Part shown: one piece after another, positions 17,442 to 24,255 of the stretch
How positions within the stretch are numbered: position 1 is the first letter of the stretch
How the letters are laid out: every line of letters starts with the position of its first letter
Origin: Candidatus Jordarchaeales archaeon
GTDB taxonomy: Archaea > Asgardarchaeota > Jordiarchaeia > Jordiarchaeales > Freyrarchaeaceae
Length of the DNA: 32,000 nt
Assembly: GCA_038889235.1 (NCBI GenBank)
Contig: JAWAHN010000001.1
Location: 824,499 to 856,498, forward strand
Direction: 5' to 3'
Made by a program: the position numbers and the translations under genes
The notes under the pieces: generated by a model
Told to the model about the DNA's origin: nothing
Seen by the model: only the letters and a program-made list of their open reading frames with translations
The model's database searches: none

Positions 17442-17689
17442 GCTTTTTGTACTGTTGAAGAAACGTCTTCTATAATCTTCATACTTGCAAGTATGTCGTC
17501 GAGTGTCGATAATAGTGTGCTGATGCTGCCCGTGTACTCAAGAAAGATTAGTAATTTGTTTTCGTTTCTTTCCATGCTGAGCTTCATGTTTTTAGGTAGG
17601 GGGGCGTTATCAGGTGAAAGAGTTTTTAGTGTAACTTCGGCTTCGAATGAGGACGAAAACTCAACTTCAATGACTACCTTAGCATTCAT
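17438..17689 (-). CDS. pcc1: KEOPS subunit Pcc1
   Basis: 83 aa with IEVEF, TLSPDN and ISTLLSTLDDIL motifs; canonical rps15-DHH-pcc1 context. Confidence 0.88.
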   Translation of the reverse strand: MNAKVVIEVEFSSSFEAEVTLKTLSPDNAPLPKNMKLSMERNENKLLIFLEYTGSISTLLSTLDDILASMKIIEDVSSTVQKA

Positions 17690-17705
17690 ATCATTACATC
17701 CGCTC

Positions 17706-19115
17706 CTACAATCCTGCTAATTCCGCACTTAGAACTTCGATGAATTCGTTTTCTTTGCCAGCGGGGATGTAGGCTCCAGCAGCAAGATCGTGTCCTCCCG
17801 CAACTAAGTTTAACCCCATTTTACTTGCAATATGCTTCATCAGCTCGCCTAGGTTTACTTCTTTTTTAATTTCTGGTCCTAAACGAGCGGAAACTTTAAC
17901 CGCTCCTTCTTCTTCGGAATATGCAAAACCAACTATTACCTTGTCTCTATACATTTTTGAGGAAGAAAGTATTGAAGTTATTGTTCCAACTATCCGTTCA
18001 TCTATGTAGCGTCCTCCATTAAACCAGCAGACATCGCCTTTGACATTTATATTGCCTTCTCCAAGCCAGTTCATGTATTCCGCTATCTTTGCCCGGTATT
18101 CCCCAGCCACCTTAATGGCTTCCTCAGAGAATTTTTTGTCACCCAGACATATCGCCAGTCCTAAACCGGCTTTTCCCGTGCGTCCACAAGCATTTAAAAG
18201 GAAGGCGAATTCTCTAGCGTCTCTTACAGGGGTTCCAAGGCGCTCATTGGCTAGTACGTAGACTGTCCCTACAATGCTCTGCGCTTCTTCCGCACTCATC
18301 CCACCGGGACCAAGCATATATTTTACCAGTTCTGAGACTAGAACCGACTTTTCTTGCTGCGAAAGATCCGATATGGTCCTCCACTTCTCTCCAACCTTTA
18401 GTGGAATCTTGACCCGCTCGTTAAGGAACTTTACGCAGGCAGCGTGGTTTCCTGAGAGCCCGGGTATAAACGGGTCCATCGTGTATTCAAGGGCGACAGG
18501 TATGGGGCGGAACTCGCGCCCAAAAAACATCAAGTCTTTAACTTCTTTCAATACGCCGACATCAACACCATCTTTTACTATTTCAGCGTTTAAACCAGTT
18601 AAGCTTCTCGCTTCGCCCTTATCTTGCCGGTCGCCAAGCGCACCCACCACTGCTAAAGCTGATAAGTCTCTATTTGAGACATCAACTTCCTTAGCTACCA
18701 GGTATGCCATCCCGGCACCGCTGACGTCAATACTTCCATCCACTCCGAATAAATGAGGGTTCAAGTGCATGAAATTCACTGTACCAGCCACTTCTTCTGG
18801 AGGGTGATGATCTATGACTATGAAGTCCTCCTTGAAAACTTCCTTTAAAATGCGCAGCTGCCCGCTACCTAAGTCCGTAAACACAAAAATTCTCTCCCTC
18901 TTTGGAAGAGAGGCTAAAGCTCGCTCGCTGAGTTGGTGCACGATCCTAACATGGAACCTAGCATTAAGTCTTTTGAGCATTTTTGAAATGATGCCAGCCG
19001 CCGCTAGCCCGTCAGCATCCAAGTGAGATACTACCTGAAATATGCTCGAACCTGCTTTTTTAACTAAAAAATCGGCGACGCTTTTAGCTGAGTCAATAAG
19101 TTGTTGAAGGGACAA
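17706..19115 (-). CDS. RecJ/Cdc45-like DHH phosphoesterase (rps15-linked family)
   Basis: SHLDADG, FTDLGSG, IDHH, SGAG, AVVGALGDRQD, FLLNACGR and GGHDLAAGA motifs. Confidence 0.95.
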   Translation of the reverse strand: MSLQQLIDSAKSVADFLVKKAGSSIFQVVSHLDADGLAAAGIISKMLKRLNARFHVRIVHQLSERALASLPKRERIFVFTDLGSGQLRILKEVFKEDFIVIDHHPPEEVAGTVNFMHLNPHLFGVDGSIDVSGAGMAYLVAKEVDVSNRDLSALAVVGALGDRQDKGEARSLTGLNAEIVKDGVDVGVLKEVKDLMFFGREFRPIPVALEYTMDPFIPGLSGNHAACVKFLNERVKIPLKVGEKWRTISDLSQQEKSVLVSELVKYMLGPGGMSAEEAQSIVGTVYVLANERLGTPVRDAREFAFLLNACGRTGKAGLGLAICLGDKKFSEEAIKVAGEYRAKIAEYMNWLGEGNINVKGDVCWFNGGRYIDERIVGTITSILSSSKMYRDKVIVGFAYSEEEGAVKVSARLGPEIKKEVNLGELMKHIASKMGLNLVAGGHDLAAGAYIPAGKENEFIEVLSAELAGL

Positions 19116-19140
19116 AGTTTCAAGGTCACCCTTTTTCTCA

Positions 19141-19599
19141 TTACTGCCTTACCAACATGGCTGCTTTCTCGGGGTCATACTTCCAGTCTGGAGGAAGTAT
19201 ACCAGTCCTCTTGTAGTATTTAACCAGCCTGTGGATTTTTGACTCCACGAGCTGCAGTCCTCTTCGTGAGTGCAGGTCCTTCCTATGTTCTTCAAGGTGG
19301 CGTCTGATCCTCAGAGCCCGCCGGATTAAGTTCATAAGGTCTTCGGGTAGGGGTGGAGCGAGGCCATGCTCCTTCAGAATTTGCGTGATTTTTTTCCCAA
19401 CTATTGGTTTAACTAGTGGGACGCCATACTGGTCTCTCAATATTATTCCGATCATTGATGGCGGGTAACCGTTCCTAGCTAGTTCTACTACTTTGTCGAC
19501 AACCCATTCCGGCGTTTTATCGAACCATTCTGGCGGTCTTTTGACCGGCGGGCGCTTGGATGATGATTTACCCCTCTTCCTTGCGTGCATTCTTGCCAT
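19141..19599 (-). CDS. rps15: 30S ribosomal protein uS15 (S13e-type)
   Basis: [35 protein letters not shown] and [17 protein letters not shown] motifs. Confidence 0.98.
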   Translation of the reverse strand: MARMHARKRGKSSSKRPPVKRPPEWFDKTPEWVVDKVVELARNGYPPSMIGIILRDQYGVPLVKPIVGKKITQILKEHGLAPPLPEDLMNLIRRALRIRRHLEEHRKDLHSRRGLQLVESKIHRLVKYYKRTGILPPDWKYDPEKAAMLVRQ

Positions 19600-19659
19600 A
19601 CTTAGAACCCCTTCTCAACACTCTTTAGATAGCTGGAAGCAAATAAAGAGAGCATGGTT

Positions 19660-20229
19660 TTAAATAATTTTCGTGGAGGATAACCATTCTGCGAGCTTTC
19701 TGAGAGCCTTCGCCCTATGTGATAGTGCGTTCTTTTCTTCTATGCTGAGCTCGGCAAAACTTCTTCCATCTCCCTCACTTGGTATGAATATCGGGTCAAA
19801 CCCAAAACCAAGGTTACCCTTAACTTCATGGGAGATGAATCCCGAGGTGCGTCCTTCAAATGTTAACACTTCCCCTCCATCCGTGAACGCTACGACAGAG
19901 ACAAATTCAGCCCGCCTGTTTCTGACGTCTTTCATGAGCTTCAAAATACCTTCGCAACCTATCTTGCTGAAAACGTATGAGGAGTAAGGTCCGGGGAATC
20001 CTTTGAGCGCCTCTATAAAGAGGCCAGCGTCCTCAACGAAAAACGGACACTCGGGTTTCATCTCTGACATAATCCACGTTAGACTCGCCCTAGCTATTTC
20101 CTCCAAACTTTCCGATTGTATTTCAAGGCGCTTTACATTCCACTGCTCAACAATTATTCCGTATTCAAGGAAAATTCTGCTTGCCTCCTGAAACTTGTTC
20201 TTGTTTCCTGTGACGAAAAGAATTCTCAT
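19660..20229 (-). CDS. rdgB: Non-canonical purine NTP pyrophosphatase (RdgB/HAM1)
   Basis: FVTGNKNK, EIQ, VEDAGL, GFPGPYS, GFGFDPIF and KNALSHRAKA motifs. Confidence 0.96.
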   Translation of the reverse strand: MRILFVTGNKNKFQEASRIFLEYGIIVEQWNVKRLEIQSESLEEIARASLTWIMSEMKPECPFFVEDAGLFIEALKGFPGPYSSYVFSKIGCEGILKLMKDVRNRRAEFVSVVAFTDGGEVLTFEGRTSGFISHEVKGNLGFGFDPIFIPSEGDGRSFAELSIEEKNALSHRAKALRKLAEWLSSTKII

Positions 20230-20861
20230 CTTTCCCAATAACGCCCCCTCCTTTCGATCTCAAACATCTTCTCTATGACTTCGTTTGCACCCTCAAAGGC
20301 CTCCCTGTATCCTTCGAGGACTGCATTGAAACCCTCCTCGAAGACATCATAGTGGCTGCTTTCCATTGCACGCTTCATCAAATGAAGATCCACGCCTAGA
20401 TCTTCGATGTTCTTTGAGAAATCACCCAGACCAAAGTCTATGAGAAAGACTTTTCCATCACTAACTATCATGTTCGACGTGGTGAGGTCCCCATGGACTA
20501 TTCCTCCCTTGTGAAGCCTTCCTATTAGAACACCCACTTTACGTAAAAGTTCGGTTAGCTCTTCACGCGAGAGTTTTCTCTCTCTTATAAGGTCGCTTAG
20601 CGTTACCCCCTCAATGCGATCCATTACTATAGAAGTTGACTCGGGATCCACAAGGTAAACTGTCGGGGTAGGAACCCCAACTTTCTTGGCACTATGGAGT
20701 AAGCGTGCTTCACGAAAAACCCTCTGCTTCCTTAAACCGACGTCTAAGTCCTTAACCCTATACGATTTGGGCCTACGCTCCTTGACAACAACCATGCGGT
20801 TTAAAATTGTTTTTAAGAAAAGGTAGGCTTCGGCACCTTTCCTAATAATCATGACATTCAC
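20226..20861 (-). CDS. bud32: KEOPS kinase Bud32 (stand-alone)
   Basis: GAEAYL, KERRPKSYR, HGDLTTSN and IDFGL motifs. Confidence 0.96.
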   Translation of the reverse strand: MNVMIIRKGAEAYLFLKTILNRMVVVKERRPKSYRVKDLDVGLRKQRVFREARLLHSAKKVGVPTPTVYLVDPESTSIVMDRIEGVTLSDLIRERKLSREELTELLRKVGVLIGRLHKGGIVHGDLTTSNMIVSDGKVFLIDFGLGDFSKNIEDLGVDLHLMKRAMESSHYDVFEEGFNAVLEGYREAFEGANEVIEKMFEIERRGRYWER

Positions 20862-21915
20862 CCTTCAATCCACGTTACCTGGACTTCATCTAGCCTCCAC
20901 CTGGGCTTAACGTAGCTCTCTTCGATGCTTAAAGTTCTTCCATAAAGGTACTCTAATATCCCCGTCCAGGCAATCATGGCTCCATTGTCCCCTGCAAGCT
21001 GGTGGGGGACCACGTGAAAGGTGGCATCATGCTCCTCGGCTACCGCCCTGATCATCTCCTGCAATCTATTATTCCTACCGACTCCACCAGTTAAGAGCAC
21101 ACTGCTTTTTCGCGTATGAGCCAAAGCTCTCTCAGTAACTTCAGCCAACATTGAGAAGCAAACTTCTTGTACACTGTAGCATAGGTCTTCGATCTTACAA
21201 CTACCAATTTTGCCCACCGCGGCGGTGTAGACCCCTGAAAATGAAAGATCCATGCCTTTGACGACGTATGGTAGTGGGATAAATGTTTGCCCCCTCCTCG
21301 CCAGCTCCTCTATCTTTGGCCCACCTGGATGCTTTAATCCCAAGGCCCTTGCAAACATGTCCAACATGTTTCCAATTGCTAGGTCTAAGGTCTCACCGAA
21401 GACACGGTATTTACCCTTCTCGTAAGCCGCAACTATAGTGTTACCTCCCGACACGTAAAGCGTTAATGGGTCATTGACGTTTTCGGTGAGACGGCCTATT
21501 TCAATGTGCGCCAGGCAGTGGTTAACCCCAACTAGGGGAACACCTAACAGTAGCGCCAGTGCTCTAGCTGCCGTCGCCACAGTTCTTAGGCAGGGGCCTT
21601 TGGAGGCTTCGCTAACCCCGGCCCCTGGGAGAACGCGACAAGCCCTATTTCTTTTATATTAATGCCCGCTGTCTCTATAGCGGAAGCTATCACTTGTTTA
21701 ACGACATTGGAATGGTGTTGCGCAGCCTCTCTGGGGTGGATTCCCCCTTCCAAGGGGACGTATTCGTCTTTAACGTTCGCTAATATCTCTCCTTCACTGC
21801 TTACTATGCCTACACCTAGCGTGTGAGCTGTTCCCTCGATGCCGACGCACAATAGGCGGCGGGAGCCTAGTAACTCCCTGACTTTTTTCAGAGTAACGTT
21901 GTTATTCGCTTTCAT
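20858..21915 (-). CDS. kae1: KEOPS t6A synthase Kae1/TsaD, spliced: complement(join(20858..21599,21614..21915)), 347 aa
   Basis: [27 protein letters not shown]|[33 protein letters not shown] and DNGAMIA motifs. The two track ORFs join after removal of a 14-nt BHB intron. Confidence 0.96.
21600..21613 (-). other. BHB-type mRNA intron in kae1 (14 nt, AGCGAAGCCUCCAA)
   Basis: CAGGGGCC-GGGG-UU^A-GC-GAA-GC-CUCC-AA^A-GGCCCCUG: 8-bp outer helix, 4-bp central helix and two 3-nt bulges. Splicing gives TTA GGC CCC (L-G-P). Confidence 0.93.
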
Positions 21916-22102
21916 CTTCCCTTTCTTTTCCCTCTTTCTTCTTCTCCTTAGTCTCCCTAACGTATTCCGTATAACCGCACTTGCCGCAGGTGTATCGTCG
22001 CCAGTGTTCCGCCATGAACACTCCTGGGCCGCATCTTGGACAGAATTTCTTCAGCCGAACCAGTTTTCCATCAACAATCTTGTAGTACTTACTAACACTC
22101 AC
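21902..22102 (-). CDS. rps27ae: 30S ribosomal protein eS31 (S27ae), with no ubiquitin fusion
   Basis: [25 protein letters not shown] and CGKCGYTEY motifs. Confidence 0.96.
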   Translation of the reverse strand: MSVSKYYKIVDGKLVRLKKFCPRCGPGVFMAEHWRRYTCGKCGYTEYVRETKEKKKEGKEREDESE

Positions 22103-22121
22103 GATTACACCTCCTTACGAT

Positions 22122-22424
22122 TTAAGCTGCGCTTTCCCCTTCCTTGCCTAGATTGCGCTTAATGATATACTCGGGTTCTATGCTGAGAGCGGCTTCTTTC
22201 GAGTCGTAAACCCTGGCTTCACCTTTAGAGCGGCCGATTCCATACTCTGTTATTATTTTCCGGACGAACACTTGATCTAGGGAGACGTTGAAGAGAGCGG
22301 CTAATTTACGCCTGACCTCCATTCTGGTGGGCGTGCCTTCACCGCCGTGCTCCACTATAAATGTCACTTCTTCTCTATTGAAAAACGGGTTTCTACTTCG
22401 TGCAAGGATTTTCACTTCCATCAC
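22122..22424 (-). CDS. rps24e: 30S ribosomal protein eS24
   Basis: NPFFNREEV, TPTRMEVRRKLA, ITEYGIG and EPEYIIKRN motifs. Confidence 0.95.
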   Translation of the reverse strand: MMEVKILARSRNPFFNREEVTFIVEHGGEGTPTRMEVRRKLAALFNVSLDQVFVRKIITEYGIGRSKGEARVYDSKEAALSIEPEYIIKRNLGKEGESAA

Positions 22425-22953
22425 TTATAGCCTCCCGCATTCCTTTAATAATATCCATGGCTCGTTTTTTCACGTCTTCATCGACTTTTACGACTACTAA
22501 CCCCTTTTCAGGTTGACCATAAATTATTATCGTTTCGTTTGGGGCGAGTAGCACCGCCGGTAATGCAAGCAAGTCCTCTTCACCTTCAACCTCTACGCAG
22601 ACTTTACCCGTCCTGGAGTACGCATCTTCAAACACTTTCCATGCTTCCTTCCTTATCGTCCCGGGAGGGTTTTTCAGTTGAAGCTTCTCCCACTTGTCTA
22701 GATTAAGCTCGAGGAAGACGTTTCTAAGTGTTTTTCCATCTACTACAACTACATCGGGTTCAACACCTACTTCTAAGAGAGTTTTCGTCACCACGTCGCC
22801 TATGGTAACTATTTTAGTGTGCTCTCTGCACTCTTCAAGCATTAATTTAGCTTTTCTGCTGCTTTCAGGGTGGCGCCCCTCAATTAACACGCCAAATGGC
22901 TCCTTGAGACGCTCTCGCAACTCCAAAGGTAGTTCTAAATCATGGTTCAGCAT
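22393..22953 (-). CDS. DUF359 GTP-dependent dephospho-CoA kinase
   Basis: LKEPFG, IGDVVT, VVDGKTLR, NPPGTI, VEGEEDLLALP and YGQPEKG motifs; canonical position. Confidence 0.92.
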   Translation of the reverse strand: MLNHDLELPLELRERLKEPFGVLIEGRHPESSRKAKLMLEECREHTKIVTIGDVVTKTLLEVGVEPDVVVVDGKTLRNVFLELNLDKWEKLQLKNPPGTIRKEAWKVFEDAYSRTGKVCVEVEGEEDLLALPAVLLAPNETIIIYGQPEKGLVVVKVDEDVKKRAMDIIKGMREAISDGSENPCTK

Positions 22954-22959
22954 TAGTGT

Positions 22960-23145
22960 TCACCTGACTTTTAACGCGTACCTACCCTTCTTCTTTATGT
23001 TGAGCTTCTTAGCTATTTGAGAACCCTCAGGGTCGAATACTATCAGTAACCCGCCATAATCATCCGACAGAGAGAAAGACTTGCATTCAGGGCACATTTG
23101 ATCTTTCACTAGGAGTTTGCATGAACGGCAAGCTCTTTCCCTCAA
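22960..23145 (-). CDS. spt4: Transcription elongation factor Spt4 (RpoE2)
   Basis: ACRSC...CPEC, GLLIVFDPEGSQIAKKL and GRYALKV motifs. Confidence 0.96.
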   Translation of the reverse strand: MRERACRSCKLLVKDQMCPECKSFSLSDDYGGLLIVFDPEGSQIAKKLNIKKKGRYALKVR

Positions 23146-23161
23146 AACACAATCCTCCTAA

Positions 23162-23725
23162 TCATTCTTTCTTTTCTTGACTCTTCTCCACTTCTTCTTT
23201 TATCCATTCCAGTTTTCCTAGGAAGGGTTGCCTCATGGTCAACCCTATCTTCCCACCCTTTGCCCCTCCACTCATAGACACAGAGACCACTCTTGCCCTA
23301 ACGACGTCGTTTTGCATTATCTGCCTCTTTGTCTCCTTTCCCGTCAATATTCCAGCCTTGCGGTCATAGTCTATGAAGTCGTCCATAAGCTGGGATATGT
23401 GTATCAAACCTTCCAAAGGACCGAGACGCACAAAAACCCCGAAGTCAACGACGGCTGTCACAATACCTTCAACTATCTCGTTTTGCTCTGGTTTAAAGGT
23501 GAGGATCTTGAAGACCGCCTCATGAAATGCTCCACCGTCACCTGGGATGAGCCGACCGACGCCGACATCTTCGACATCTATAACACTGAGCACTATCCCT
23601 AGTTCAGGGTCCATGATTTTTTCGTACTCCTGCCTAAGCATTTCAAGAGCCACTTTTTCAACCGGCTCGCCAAACCTTTCAGGAGGTATTCTTATAACGT
23701 CTTTAAGTGTAATAAGTTTGTACAT
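23162..23725 (-). CDS. rpoE1: RNA polymerase subunit Rpo7 (RpoE1)
   Basis: From ATG 23725 (GGGGGT SD): VIRIPPERFG, GDGGAFH, FGVFVRLGPLEGLIHISQ and KIGLTMRQPFLGKLEWI motifs. Confidence 0.96.
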   Translation of the reverse strand: MYKLITLKDVIRIPPERFGEPVEKVALEMLRQEYEKIMDPELGIVLSVIDVEDVGVGRLIPGDGGAFHEAVFKILTFKPEQNEIVEGIVTAVVDFGVFVRLGPLEGLIHISQLMDDFIDYDRKAGILTGKETKRQIMQNDVVRARVVSVSMSGGAKGGKIGLTMRQPFLGKLEWIKEEVEKSQEKKE

Positions 23726-23840
23726 GCAACAAACCCCCGGAGCGCGTAAGCATCTGGCAGTTAAGGAGAACGCAGCTGTAACACCGCCTACAAGTAAACA
23801 TTTCGCACAACTGTTCAGCTTCACGACTAACACAATTCCC

Positions 23841-23856
23841 TTTATAAAATTTCTCC
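23841..23856 (-). promoter_or_regulatory. Candidate internal BRE/TATA promoter upstream of rpoE1
   Basis: Minus-strand GGAGAAATTTTATAAA overlapping the PIN stop codon, about 115 nt before the rpoE1 ATG. Confidence 0.45.
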
Positions 23857-24255
23857 ATCAATACATAGATGGCTTCTCTGCCTTAAGTAAATTACAGGAA
23901 TCCCCGCCTTTCTGAGACGCTTGCGAAGAACATTGTCGTTGGTGGCAACGACGCAACGTTCCCTTCTGGCGTATTCAAGTATAGCATCATCTACACCCAC
24001 ACTCTCAACCCCTGACGGGCAGACCTTAAAAGCCTTCTGCCTGACGAAGTTTAAAGCTGCCTTGGCTAGTTTTCCCCCCTCGCTGCCCTTCTCAGCCAAC
24101 TTTTCTAGCTCTTCTAGCACCTTATCTAGAACCACGACCTCGTAACTTCTACCAACGACAACGCCCAGTTCCGAGAAAAAATCCCTCCCGAACAGGAAGG
24201 GAGCTATTAAAAAGTTGCTGTCAACAACTATCTTAACGTATGAGCCCCCACCCAA
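23842..24255 (-). CDS. PIN-domain ribonuclease (Fcf1/Utp24-like), eIF2g-linked
   Basis: IVVDSNFL, VLEEL, VDDAIL, VATNDNVLRKRL and GIPVIYLR motifs; TTG 24255 follows a GGAGG SD. Confidence 0.92.
   Translation of the reverse strand: MGGGSYVKIVVDSNFLIAPFLFGRDFFSELGVVVGRSYEVVVLDKVLEELEKLAEKGSEGGKLAKAALNFVRQKAFKVCPSGVESVGVDDAILEYARRERCVVATNDNVLRKRLRKAGIPVIYLRQRSHLCIDGEIL

Noticed and set aside
23808-23819. 12-nt identity (CAACTGTTCAGC) between the rpoE1 leader and eIF2g intron 1 (25461-25472)
   Set aside because: One 12-mer match between about 130 nt of intron sequence and a 32-kb window on both strands is near chance expectation, and the match does not extend.
23726-23833. ORF-track N-terminal extensions of rpoE1, and likewise of rpl34e, rpl14e, RHH and PIN
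   Set aside because: Internal starts with SD sequences give canonical family lengths.
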